Shown: positions 27,448-36,537 of the stretch, one piece after another
Layout: every line of letters begins with the position of its first letter
How positions within the stretch are numbered: the stretch's first letter is position 1
Origin: an uncultured Candidatus Saccharibacteria bacterium
GTDB lineage: Bacteria > Patescibacteriota > Saccharimonadia > Saccharimonadales > JACDBH01
Reading direction: 5' to 3'
Length of the DNA stretch: 64,000 nt
Assembly: GCA_965231105.1 (NCBI GenBank)
Contig: OZ246417.1
Location: forward strand, 704,908 to 768,907
Notes under the pieces: generated by a model
The model's input: only the letters and a program-made list of their open reading frames with translations
What the model was told of the DNA's origin: nothing
The model's database searches: none
Made by a program: the position numbers and the translations under genes

Positions 27448-29364
27448 CTACATTCCCGGGCTTAAACGGTTGTTTAAATCTATTGTACCTTGTGGCTGAT
27501 TAATGTCACCCTGCTCAATAGCCTGAACTTGGCTTGGATTGGTGGTTATAAGGCTTGTTTCAGTTGGGCTAGCAATAATCTGAATATGAACATGGTTTTG
27601 TCCTGCAAAGAAAAGCCCCTGCCCAACCGGGAACTGGCTTAATCGTTTCTTTTCTTCACTTGTTAACTTAAATACGTCACTAAGTACGTCAACTGCAGAG
27701 GTCGATTGTTTAAGGAGTAGCTGCATGGACGCGTTCGCAACAATGGCGCGCCCCATACGAGAACCCATGAAGTCTTCCACGTCCTGCGTGATGGTTGTAA
27801 TGCCTAGGTTGTACTTACGAGCTCGCTTTGCGAGTGAGAACAGGAAGTTTGCTGAGTCTTCATATTTCATAAGCTGCCAGGCTTCATCAACGATAAGGAT
27901 GCGTTTTTTGCGATCAGTCTTCGTCTTATTCCAGATGAAGTTAAGGACAATATACATGGCAACCGGACGGAGCTCATCTTCAAGGTCACGGATATTAAAG
28001 ACAACCATAGGGTTGTTAATATCAATGTTACTCTGCTGGGAGAAGATGCCTGCGAAGGTACCGGTCGTATATTTGCGAAGCCTTTGAGCAAGCTGTGGAC
28101 CTGTGCCGCCCATGTGAAGCAACGTATCATACAGGTCGTTAATAGTTGGAGGTTGTGAAACATGGGTAAGCGGATCGTTTGTAATACCAGCGCGAGCATA
28201 GGTTTCGATAAGGGCTGCGTCAAGATCTGATTCTTCTACTGGAGTTAAGGCAGGCATGCTCATTGCCTGGCCACCCACTAACTGTGTTTGGGCGCCACCC
28301 ATCATGAGTCGCAAGAGACCATGGAGTGTAATGAGATTTGAACGCAGTGCACTATCGGCTTCATCAGTATCAACAACTTTTGGTAAGTCGAACGGATTAA
28401 TACGAGTAGTTGAGTTAAGGCTCAGACGTACATATGCCCCGCCCACGGCATCGGACATACGCTCATATTCATTTTCTGGGTCAATAATGAATATTTCAGT
28501 ACCAAACATAAGGCTACGAAGTGCCTCAAGCTTAACGGAGAAGCTTTTACCTGCACCAGACTTAGCGAATACAACTGAATTGCCGTTTTCCAGTGAGAAC
28601 CGATCAAAGATAACAAGACCAGAGTTGTGCATGTTAATGCCATACAAAATACCGTTATCTTGGCTGAGGTCTGCTGAAGTAAATGGGAATGAAGTAGATA
28701 GTGCGCCCGTGTTCATATTGCGACGTATTTGCAGCTGGTCTACGAATTGCGGAATAGTACTATTAAGCCCCTGCTCTTGTTGGGCGCTTGCTGGTTTTGA
28801 ATAGATAAGCTGTTGGCCGAGCATCGATTCAACTTTGTGACTGACAAATTCCAGCTCATCCATGCTGTTGGCGTAGACGGTAAAGTAAAGGCCAAAACGG
28901 AAGAAGCGCTCTTCACCCACCTGCAATTTGTCGCGCATTTCTTCGGCGTCAAGAATGCTGGCTTGCTTGGCGGGATCACGTACGCGGCCTTTCTCGGCAT
29001 CGATCTGGATACCCGCTTCGAGTTGGGAGACTTTCTTGCGTAAGTTTTCAAGTACCACCTGGCTCTCGACAGGATAGATGAACATAGATAGGTCAATAAC
29101 TTCATCAAGATTCACCATCGTGCTGAGCCAACCAGTAAAGATCTGACGAGGGTAGCCGTATACATAAAAGGTGCGGGCATATCGAGTGCCAATACGGAAG
29201 AAGCCGCTCTGGAATTCAATGGAGCTTGGTGCGATAAAGTCGCGGAGGGCTGTGACGCCTTTCTGGAACGCAAGATTAACTTCTTGCTCTTCCCGAGCAC
29301 GCTGGGCCTGTGCTAACGCGACAGGATCTTGAGTTGGTTGCTGTTTCTTACCAAAGAGCGCCAT
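27448..29364 (-). CDS. VirB4/TrsE-type T4SS ATPase (ATPase-containing part)
   Basis: Walker A VFAKSGAGKSF, Walker B RILIVDEAWQL. The N-terminal FIAPSSIEFQSGFFRIGTRYARTFYVYGYP pattern is typical of Gram-positive VirB4 homologs. Ends with TAG. Confidence 0.85.
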   Translation of the reverse strand: MALFGKKQQPTQDPVALAQAQRAREEQEVNLAFQKGVTALRDFIAPSSIEFQSGFFRIGTRYARTFYVYGYPRQIFTGWLSTMVNLDEVIDLSMFIYPVESQVVLENLRKKVSQLEAGIQIDAEKGRVRDPAKQASILDAEEMRDKLQVGEERFFRFGLYFTVYANSMDELEFVSHKVESMLGQQLIYSKPASAQQEQGLNSTIPQFVDQLQIRRNMNTGALSTSFPFTSADLSQDNGILYGINMHNSGLVIFDRFSLENGNSVVFAKSGAGKSFSVKLEALRSLMFGTEIFIIDPENEYERMSDAVGGAYVRLSLNSTTRINPFDLPKVVDTDEADSALRSNLITLHGLLRLMMGGAQTQLVGGQAMSMPALTPVEESDLDAALIETYARAGITNDPLTHVSQPPTINDLYDTLLHMGGTGPQLAQRLRKYTTGTFAGIFSQQSNIDINNPMVVFNIRDLEDELRPVAMYIVLNFIWNKTKTDRKKRILIVDEAWQLMKYEDSANFLFSLAKRARKYNLGITTITQDVEDFMGSRMGRAIVANASMQLLLKQSTSAVDVLSDVFKLTSEEKKRLSQFPVGQGLFFAGQNHVHIQIIASPTETSLITTNPSQVQAIEQGDINQPQGTIDLNNRLSPGM

Positions 29365-30309
29365 CTAGATAAGCTCCCTATCAAGATTTGGTTGTGGGGC
29401 CGCACCCTGCCCTTTAGTAATAACAGGAGCGGTAAGGTCATTAAAATTTTTCATTTGCTGTCGGGTTGCGGTATCGGGGTTATAGGCATCGTAATACAAC
29501 TCAATAAGCTCCTGGGTATCTAATGGGAGTCCTTGGATGCCACACTGTAATAAACCACTCAACACCGATTGTACACGGTTTCTTAGTTCGGTCTTGGCTG
29601 CTTCAAGGTCTGCTTCATTGATAACAACATGCTGTTCTTTCTTTGAAAAGGTTCCCATGAAGTTACCCAAGAAGTTCTTACTTGCCTGTACGGCCTTTTG
29701 GGCATCGATAACAGGAATATACGGGATAATAATGTAAAACTTCTTATCCATAATGTTTGTCTGCTGAGCAAGTTCACCCATGAAGAAGATGTAGTCTTCC
29801 ATAAGGAGCGCAAGAAGCATGTTATCGTGTTCGGAGCGGATCTTATCAAGCTTTTGGATATAGGGCCGCAAGTCCACCTTTTGTGAGCGCACAAAAAGCT
29901 GAACTGGGAAATATAACGAGTTCAAGAAGCCCTGATAACTGAATTCAACTGCCTCACGTTCCTGAGGGCTCATGAGGTCAAAGTTGATGCTCTTTACCAT
30001 GATTACTGAGCGGAACGTACCATCGTTCATGATTACGATACCATCACGAATTTCGGCAATCTCTAGAGTGTTCTGTGTGCTGTTTGGATTCGATTGAGCA
30101 GCTACGGTTGTTGTCTGTGGTCCATTTGGTGCGGGCGCTGCTTGCTGCGGTGAGTAATGCGTAGCAGCATATTCTTGGGGATTATTTGGTGCGAGAAATG
30201 GGCTCGCTCCTGGCTGTGAGCCTGATTGCCCCGAAGGTGTGCCAGCAGACGCAGGCGCGGTACCTGGCGCATTTGATGGCTGGCTTGGTTGTGTGCTGCT
30301 TGGTCCCAT
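29365..30309 (-). CDS. VirB4 N-terminal-domain-like protein with a P/Q/S-rich leader
   Basis: LEIAEIRDGIVIMNDGTFRSVIMVKSINFDLMSPQEREAVEFSYQGFLNSLYFPVQLFVRS resembles the extreme N-terminal region of long Firmicutes-type VirB4 proteins. Same reading frame as 27448-29364, separated only by TAG. Confidence 0.65.
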   Translation of the reverse strand: MGPSSTQPSQPSNAPGTAPASAGTPSGQSGSQPGASPFLAPNNPQEYAATHYSPQQAAPAPNGPQTTTVAAQSNPNSTQNTLEIAEIRDGIVIMNDGTFRSVIMVKSINFDLMSPQEREAVEFSYQGFLNSLYFPVQLFVRSQKVDLRPYIQKLDKIRSEHDNMLLALLMEDYIFFMGELAQQTNIMDKKFYIIIPYIPVIDAQKAVQASKNFLGNFMGTFSKKEQHVVINEADLEAAKTELRNRVQSVLSGLLQCGIQGLPLDTQELIELYYDAYNPDTATRQQMKNFNDLTAPVITKGQGAAPQPNLDRELI

Positions 30310-30350
30310 GTTTGGCTAATCCCACCCCTGAAATAGACGATTATACGCTA

Positions 30351-31502
30351 CTAGTGAAGTGAAATCACTACCTCGCCATCAGACTCGCTCAATTGCTGGG
30401 CCTGACGGGCAATGGTTGCCACGTTCAAATCGTCGTTATTGGCAAGACTAAGTATAGCAGGATTAGGGGGTGGTGTCTGCTGTTTTGTGGCAGGTTTTGG
30501 TAAAGGTGATGCTGCTGGAGCTACAGGGCTTGGTGTTGGCGTAGACGATCCAATCGGCATTGCAGGGCCGCTTGGATGACTGCCGCTCAAAGGCTGGATA
30601 GTCTTTATGTGTGATCCAAAGGCGGACTGCATCCTTGCCTGCTCGGCTTCGATCTTATCGATAAGTGCCTGCTCCTCGGCTGTTGGAGCGGGTGTAGCTG
30701 CGCTACTGGAGCCTGGCACCACAACACGGCTCGCGGCAAAAGTTGTGTAACCGGGTGCTGATGATTGCTGCCCGCCTTGAGCTGGCTGATTAAGGAACCA
30801 ATAGTCTGCAGGCGGTTGAGTGGATTGTGTACCTCCCTGCTTTACGCTCTGCATGACTTTTTCACGATGTGCTTGCGTTGATGCCTCTACCATTTGTTCG
30901 AGATGTTGAGCGGTTGGGTTGCTTTTAGCATCAAGCATATCGTCCGCGGGAAGAACGTCAGTGTCGGTAACGGATGTAGGAAGCGCACTCGGAGCTACCA
31001 GACGATCAGAACCGTCGTCAGTGCTTAAATAACCTGGTTGTCCGAACATATTAACATTTACATTTTTAATGGCCCATCCACGGCTATCCAGAGTAGTGGC
31101 GAGAGCGGAAAGTCGACTTCGTACCTCGTTCTGGCTTAGATTATTAGTAAAGATATGGTCAAGTCGTTTTGGTGCAGTAATGGTCACGAGTTGGCTCAGT
31201 CCATCTTGGTTCCAAATGCGGTTGTGGGGCTTTATGAAGAACCTCAAACGAGCCAGCAACCATACATCATTGGGCTGATCACGACTAATTGGAGCTGCTA
31301 AAAAGCCAAAGATTATCATAGGAACTAACAGAGCAAATACAAAAGGATAGCGGACAATACCGAGCCCGGTGGTAGTAATAAGCTTAAACTCGACAAAGCC
31401 AATACCAATGGTAACAATGGCAAATATAAATTGTTTAAGTGTTAAAGGACCAAGAAGTTTATCTTCTGCCTCAATATCCTGCAATACCTTATATGTAGCC
31501 AT
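30351..31502 (-). CDS. PrgI-family (VirB3-like) membrane protein with a long C-terminal extension
   Basis: MATYKVLQDIEAEDKLLGPLTLKQFIFAIVTIGIGF followed by a second TM, which is the PrgI-family signature. About 250 further aa are A/P/Q/S-rich. Confidence 0.7.
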   Translation of the reverse strand: MATYKVLQDIEAEDKLLGPLTLKQFIFAIVTIGIGFVEFKLITTTGLGIVRYPFVFALLVPMIIFGFLAAPISRDQPNDVWLLARLRFFIKPHNRIWNQDGLSQLVTITAPKRLDHIFTNNLSQNEVRSRLSALATTLDSRGWAIKNVNVNMFGQPGYLSTDDGSDRLVAPSALPTSVTDTDVLPADDMLDAKSNPTAQHLEQMVEASTQAHREKVMQSVKQGGTQSTQPPADYWFLNQPAQGGQQSSAPGYTTFAASRVVVPGSSSAATPAPTAEEQALIDKIEAEQARMQSAFGSHIKTIQPLSGSHPSGPAMPIGSSTPTPSPVAPAASPLPKPATKQQTPPPNPAILSLANNDDLNVATIARQAQQLSESDGEVVISLH

Positions 31503-31559
31503 AATCTTTCCTATTATAGATCAAAGCCTCTAGTCGGGTAAAATCTCAGCAAACAGCAC

Positions 31560-34500
31560 TTATAGTGAGCGGGGACCAGTAGGAATTTCTGTAGGATCTG
31601 TTCCGGGTGGGGGCGTTCCGGCCGCAGCTGCTGCCTGTGCTTGCAGACTGCTGGCATATTCTTTACGAGCTTCTTTGTATATTGGATCGCTTGCAAGCGC
31701 TTCGCTTGCCTGTTGAACGGTTATCTTTTCATGTAGACCCACAGGAACCATCTGACGAATAACGCGAGTGCCCCCAGGTGCGGCTGCGTCTGGAACTGTA
31801 ACTTCCTGCTCCTCATATTTAGTAATAACACTCCTAAGTCTGTTGCGCATATCGTCATTAAGCTTAGATACGTCAATTTCCTGACTCATGACTTTGTCTG
31901 CCATAACTTGTGCGCTTTCAGGACTTATTTGATTCGCGAGATCATAGCGGCCTGCAATTGCGCCAATGTTACGAAGAATAACTCGGTTTGCATTCGCAAC
32001 AGCCTTTGCCCTTTGTTCATCATTAGTGTAGCTGGGATCTGTATTTATGCGGTCTATCTCACTCTGAACGGCGGTTATATCCGAATGTAGATCCTCTGTC
32101 ATTACCTTCGCAAGTCGTTCTCTAAGCTGTTTTGGCTTCATCGATACAATCGTACCGCCACTCTGTGTGCGTAGGGTTTCGCGGTCAATTACTGAGGTTA
32201 CATCATCCTGAACTGCCTTAATTTCCTCGTATGTGCCTCCCCGGTCTACGGCTTCACGCACCCTGCTCAACTGGCCTAGACGATGTCCAAAGCCCCCACC
32301 CGCAAGATCTGCTCGTCGGGCATTACCTGCGAGACCACGCATCTCAGCTAGCATGCGAGTTGCTAGCATGCTATCGCCATGAGCAGCGTCAGCAATAGCA
32401 CGGTCCATTTCACCCGCACCACTACCATACCCAGTGCCTGTACTTGTTATATTAACTGCTGCCGCAACATTAAACGATTCATTAGACATGCTACGTCGTG
32501 CGTTCGTGATCGCGCCGACAGCTTGTTCGAGATCTCGGCCCTGATAAATTTTTTCTCCTTTATCATTTACACGTGAAGCAAGATATGCGCGGATTGCTTT
32601 TACCGAGCCATCTCGTTGGATTGTCCTGCCCAGTGCATCCGTAACGGCATTGCCGGCAGTATCACGCACTACATCGGATGCTTCACGGCCTGCCTCGAGG
32701 TAATCCTCGTTTCCCATAATGTGCTGGAACCAATGGTTTTTTTCGCGTGCTTCTCGGGCCTCATCATAAGCATTGCGTGAGCGAAGGGCCTGCATGCGTG
32801 AACGCATCTGCTTGCCCGGGATAAAGCCAATATTTTCCGGAGTGGCGTTTGTTGCGATTTCAAGCCCGCTATTAAGTTTGCGAGCAGCCCAAGAATTGCC
32901 GCGATAGCGATTGCCTGTTTGCATGCCTTCGAAGTTCTTTTGCACCTGACCCTGACGGAATTTCTTATTGCGGTCAAAGAAGCCGCGTGAACGGTCGTTA
33001 ACCATGCCGCCAAGAGTTGCAATTGCACCCCCGGCAAGCCTAAAGGTTGCGGGGATTAAGAAATACGGAATAGCGTATGCGGCCACGACGATCACAAATT
33101 GTAAAATCTGCCATGTATCAGGTGGGTCGGAAGCAGCTGTGACATATGCAAAGATACGTCCGCTGGCAAACAAGACCATGATAAGCGGGAACATAAGAAG
33201 GCCCTTACTAAAGGCATCCCACCAGAATTTACCGAACTTCTCAGTACCTGGAATGATGTAACAGATAATTGCAAAAGGTGCGATCATAAGCGCCGATATG
33301 ATGACGATGTTTCGTATGATAAGCACCGCAAAGCCGATAATAACACTTGCAAGTGTAGTTAACGCAAGTGATGCGATACCAAGCGCTCCTAGCGCTAATG
33401 CACTTGCGCCCGCCAAGCCAATCATGACGGCATTAAAGCTTATCAACCCACTTCCTGCTACGCTTTGCGAAATCACGTCAGGATATTCAATTGCCGCATC
33501 ACCACCAAACGGTGCAAGCATAAGATTAGTTATACCTTTCCCTACGTCATTCGTGACCTCAATAAGGAAGGTCATAAGGCCCCAAGAAATCTGCATAAGA
33601 ATTACAGCGGCAACCATTCGAGGTAAAATTTTTCTAATAGTATAGGCATCGAAAGGCCCAACGTTAATTGCCGTTGATATCACCATAATCATGGCAAAGA
33701 GGACTAAAAGGATACTAGCTATATTGCGGATATTTCCCCATGCAACGCGAAGGTCAGTGAGGTTATCGGTGCGTATCTCCATAATATTTTGCACCTGACT
33801 GTTGATTTCATTAAGTGTTCCGTCAATTCCTCGGATGATCGCACATAGTATCCAGCCTAAATTAGAGGTGTCATTGCTTTCACAACTTTGTTCCGGTGGA
33901 TCGCCTGCTGTTGTATTTGTGCCGGTTGGGCTTTGTGGGGTGCCACCCCCTACCCCAATAGCGGCCGTATTGCCAAGGGGGAAGCTGTTCGCTGTCCAAA
34001 TACCATTATTATCCTTAAAAACCCAACCATTGGAGTCTCCATAAGGCAGGCTGTTTTCAACCTCACAGGAACTGGGAAAGAAGGGCGTAAGAATATCGCG
34101 CTGTGGCTGGGGCACGGTATCGAGTCCATCTGTACCATTTGACCTATTATCTTCCAGTTTCCATGTCTCTGCACTTAGTCCGTCAGTTGAGACAATCATG
34201 AGGTTCGCACATGAATCATCGCCTTGTTTTACCCAAAGCTGAGGGCTAACTCCTGCACCGGTAGCTCGTCGATAAATACCATTATTGGCATCTTGAAGGG
34301 GTCTAATCGTATCTGGATCCACATATTCATAAAAGACTCTCTCATGAGTCTTATCTACCTGAATAGATATTGAGTTAGGATTTGTACCGTCACAATCACC
34401 ATTGGGTGGGTGAAAATCCATATCGAGCTGTCCAGTTAAGGCCCCACCTCCAACAGGCGAAAGGACGCCGTTACCGCTACCAAGATCAATCTGACCATAA

Positions 34501-34772
34501 CATTCGCTGTCAGCCTCAAGTAAGCGAAACCTGCGGACTGTATCCCATGTATTCTGATCAAAGAAAGTGTATGTTTCTGAGCCTATCGTGAGCTGTATAT
34601 AAGAACTGTTAATAAACCGTGCGGGAGGACTACCGGCACTCGCAAGACCGGTAATAGCACTTTCAGTAGTCGGAGCAGCCGCAGATGCTTTCTCGGGGAA
34701 TAATTGCAGAATAAGAGAAAGGCTTAAAACGCAGACTAAAAGCCCCAACCCAATTTTCTTTAGATACTTCAT
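31560..34772 (-). CDS. VirB6/TrbL-like polytopic T4SS channel protein (1070 aa)
   Basis: Signal peptide (…LQLFPEKASAAAP), about 330-aa extracytoplasmic domain, a block of at least six hydrophobic spans (about residues 350-590), then a hydrophilic C-terminal domain of about 480 aa. This architecture resembles TcpH/PrgH-type VirB6 analogs. Confidence 0.6.
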   Translation of the reverse strand: MKYLKKIGLGLLVCVLSLSLILQLFPEKASAAAPTTESAITGLASAGSPPARFINSSYIQLTIGSETYTFFDQNTWDTVRRFRLLEADSECYGQIDLGSGNGVLSPVGGGALTGQLDMDFHPPNGDCDGTNPNSISIQVDKTHERVFYEYVDPDTIRPLQDANNGIYRRATGAGVSPQLWVKQGDDSCANLMIVSTDGLSAETWKLEDNRSNGTDGLDTVPQPQRDILTPFFPSSCEVENSLPYGDSNGWVFKDNNGIWTANSFPLGNTAAIGVGGGTPQSPTGTNTTAGDPPEQSCESNDTSNLGWILCAIIRGIDGTLNEINSQVQNIMEIRTDNLTDLRVAWGNIRNIASILLVLFAMIMVISTAINVGPFDAYTIRKILPRMVAAVILMQISWGLMTFLIEVTNDVGKGITNLMLAPFGGDAAIEYPDVISQSVAGSGLISFNAVMIGLAGASALALGALGIASLALTTLASVIIGFAVLIIRNIVIISALMIAPFAIICYIIPGTEKFGKFWWDAFSKGLLMFPLIMVLFASGRIFAYVTAASDPPDTWQILQFVIVVAAYAIPYFLIPATFRLAGGAIATLGGMVNDRSRGFFDRNKKFRQGQVQKNFEGMQTGNRYRGNSWAARKLNSGLEIATNATPENIGFIPGKQMRSRMQALRSRNAYDEAREAREKNHWFQHIMGNEDYLEAGREASDVVRDTAGNAVTDALGRTIQRDGSVKAIRAYLASRVNDKGEKIYQGRDLEQAVGAITNARRSMSNESFNVAAAVNITSTGTGYGSGAGEMDRAIADAAHGDSMLATRMLAEMRGLAGNARRADLAGGGFGHRLGQLSRVREAVDRGGTYEEIKAVQDDVTSVIDRETLRTQSGGTIVSMKPKQLRERLAKVMTEDLHSDITAVQSEIDRINTDPSYTNDEQRAKAVANANRVILRNIGAIAGRYDLANQISPESAQVMADKVMSQEIDVSKLNDDMRNRLRSVITKYEEQEVTVPDAAAPGGTRVIRQMVPVGLHEKITVQQASEALASDPIYKEARKEYASSLQAQAAAAAGTPPPGTDPTEIPTGPRSL

Positions 34773-34781
34773 TTCTTATAG

Positions 34782-34790
34782 AATATAGCA
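34782..34790 (-). promoter_or_regulatory. Extended -10 element (TGCTATATT on the minus strand) for the T4SS-like operon
   Basis: The reverse complement of aatatagca. Only 9 nt separate the -10 from ATG 34772 and there is no SD, implying a near-leaderless transcript. Confidence 0.35.
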
Positions 34791-34827
34791 TATTTGACTC
34801 CAAAAAAGATCATTAGAAGCCGATATT

Positions 34828-34857
34828 TTGACGCCTATGGTTTTTATGAGTTAAGAT
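34828..34857 (+). promoter_or_regulatory. Candidate sigma-70-type promoter for the pilin array (TTGACG-18-TAAGAT)
   Basis: Hexamers at 34828-34833 and 34852-34857. 12 nt to ATG 34870, no SD. Confidence 0.3.
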
Positions 34858-34869
34858 TAAGACAAAATT

Positions 34870-35415
34870 ATGGCATCAATTTTAAAGCTCAAAAGATGGT
34901 TATTAGTAGCGCCGGTGATAGCGGCATCACTTTTTGTTCCATTACTCGTAAATACTAGGATAGCCTCTGCACTTACTCCGGGCTGTTATGCCCTATCCCA
35001 GGGGGAATATCTCCCTGCAAACTGTACAGATAACTCTCAAGCAGTGGGCGTTGAGCAGGGATTCTGTTATGTCGCGGCTGCGGGCAATGGTATAGGAGAA
35101 TTTGTTCAGTATGACTGCAATACACTCACAAGCACCGGCGGAGGTGGCAATAATTCTCCAGAAACGAATATTAATGAAGATGGACAGAAGATTTATGACC
35201 GATTGCGTGATGCCATCAACTTTCTCTCAGCCATTGCCGGCATAATTGTAGTCGGTTCTATAGTGTGGGGTGCTATCCAGTACACCACTGCAGGCAGCGA
35301 TCCTCAAAAAGTCAGTGCTGCGAAGAACCGTATATTTAATGCGGTAATAGCACTTATGGCTTATATATTTATCTTTTCATTCTTGCAGTGGCTTGTGCCG
35401 GGTGGAATCTTCTAA
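34870..35415 (+). CDS. VirB2/TrbC-like pilin paralog 1 (181 aa, four Cys in the ectodomain)
   Basis: Signal/TM LLVAPVIAASLFVPLLV...ASA. C-terminal hairpin IVVGSIVWGAIQYTTAGSDPQKVSAAKNRIFNAVIALMAYIF. Confidence 0.7.
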   Translation: MASILKLKRWLLVAPVIAASLFVPLLVNTRIASALTPGCYALSQGEYLPANCTDNSQAVGVEQGFCYVAAAGNGIGEFVQYDCNTLTSTGGGGNNSPETNINEDGQKIYDRLRDAINFLSAIAGIIVVGSIVWGAIQYTTAGSDPQKVSAAKNRIFNAVIALMAYIFIFSFLQWLVPGGIF

Positions 35416-35417
35416 AT

Positions 35418-35840
35418 ATGAGACGTATTAAATCTTTAGTGACTTCATTTTTGGCCAGTCTGGCACTTCTCGTATTTGCCTTCCCTGCCATTGCATTAGC
35501 GGCACCCTGTAACCCGGGAGCGGGCGGGAACTTTCTTAGCTTTCCAACCTGGTATAAGTATCTTGAGGGAGAAGATGTTTCTGGCAAATGTACACCAGTA
35601 GTAAATAGCCCGTCAGATGCTATCCCCGTACTTGTCGCAATTGTTGAGATCTTACTGAGAATCATTGGTCTCGCTGCGGTTGCTTTTGTGGTATATGGTG
35701 GTTTTCGTTATATCACGAGTCAAGGACAGCCTGATGCGACCAAATCTGCCCGGCAAACGATTCAGAATGCATTCATTGGTGTCGTAATAAGTATTATTGC
35801 GAGTGTAGGCGTAAGCTTTTTGGGAAGGTCTCTTACATGA
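35418..35840 (+). CDS. VirB2/TrbC-like pilin paralog 2
   Basis: MRRIKSLVTSFLASLALLVFAFPAIALA signal. Hairpin VVYGGFRYITSQGQPDATKSARQTIQNAFIGVVISII. ATG 35418 lies just after the upstream TAA. Confidence 0.7.
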   Translation: MRRIKSLVTSFLASLALLVFAFPAIALAAPCNPGAGGNFLSFPTWYKYLEGEDVSGKCTPVVNSPSDAIPVLVAIVEILLRIIGLAAVAFVVYGGFRYITSQGQPDATKSARQTIQNAFIGVVISIIASVGVSFLGRSLT

Positions 35841-36124
35841 GTTCATTAGAAATCATCGCAATAGGTATTAGCCAAACTGACATAACCATTCCGCAGGGTG
35901 AGCCTGGTGGCACTACCCTTCAGACTCTGCTTCGCATCGTTACTGGAACATTAGGCGCAGTAGCTTTTCTTATTATCGTAATCGCAGGTTTTAAATATAC
36001 CCTTTCTAGGGGAAATCCTGATGAAATTACGAAGGCGAAAGAAACAATTATCTATGCCGTAGCTGGGCTACTTATTTCAATGGCTGCTTTCAGTATTGTG
36101 ACCTTTGTCGTGGGGAGAACATGA
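35837..36124 (+). CDS. VirB2/TrbC-like pilin paralog 3 (short; no obvious signal peptide, no Cys)
   Basis: Hairpin FLIIVIAGFKYTLSRGNPDEITKAKETIIYAVAGLLISMAAF. ATGA overlap with paralog 2. Confidence 0.65.
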   Translation: MSSLEIIAIGISQTDITIPQGEPGGTTLQTLLRIVTGTLGAVAFLIIVIAGFKYTLSRGNPDEITKAKETIIYAVAGLLISMAAFSIVTFVVGRT

Positions 36125-36522
36125 AACGTAAGCTAGCGCTGTTGATCGCGGCAGGAACAATCCTTGCTACTTTGTTTAGCGGTGGGTCGGCTTTTGCTGT
36201 TGATCCTCTTGACGGTGCCTGCACTACTACTCCAGATTCACCTGCCTGTCAGCGTAGCGGAACAGATGCTAACGGTAATCCCCTTAATCCCCTTACCGGA
36301 GAAGGAGGTGCAATTATGCGAATCGCAAGCATCATAGCTATTCTTACGGGGATAGCGAGCGTTATCTTTATTATTGTAGGATCAATTAAGTACACCACGG
36401 CTGGGGGCGACGCACGCAATATCGAAAGCGCCAAGAATACAGTAATGTATGCACTTATTGGATTAGTGGTGGCAATATCGGCTCAGGCTATTATTGCCTT
36501 TGTAATAAATAGGACAAACTAG
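36121..36522 (+). CDS. VirB2/TrbC-like pilin paralog 4
   Basis: Signal LALLIAAGTILATLFSGGSAFA. Cys pair ACTTTPDSPAC. Hairpin IIVGSIKYTTAGGDARNIESAKNTVMYALIGLVVAI. Confidence 0.75.
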   Translation: MKRKLALLIAAGTILATLFSGGSAFAVDPLDGACTTTPDSPACQRSGTDANGNPLNPLTGEGGAIMRIASIIAILTGIASVIFIIVGSIKYTTAGGDARNIESAKNTVMYALIGLVVAISAQAIIAFVINRTN

Positions 36523-36537
36523 AAAACGGAGATATAT

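Noticed and set aside
25887-28804. Antisense ORFs of 100-180 aa within the 949-aa gene and VirB4 (26309-26785, 27725-28087, 28256-28804)
   Set aside because: Same reasoning: nested opposite strongly supported genes, with Ser/Arg/Leu-rich translations typical of antisense frames.
29362-29370. In-frame TAG in VirB4 as evidence of an alternative genetic code (amber reassignment)
   Set aside because: TAG terminates other well-delimited genes in the window (27448-27450, 36520-36522, 36919-36921). TGA and TAA also behave as stops. Standard code 11 fits all genes.
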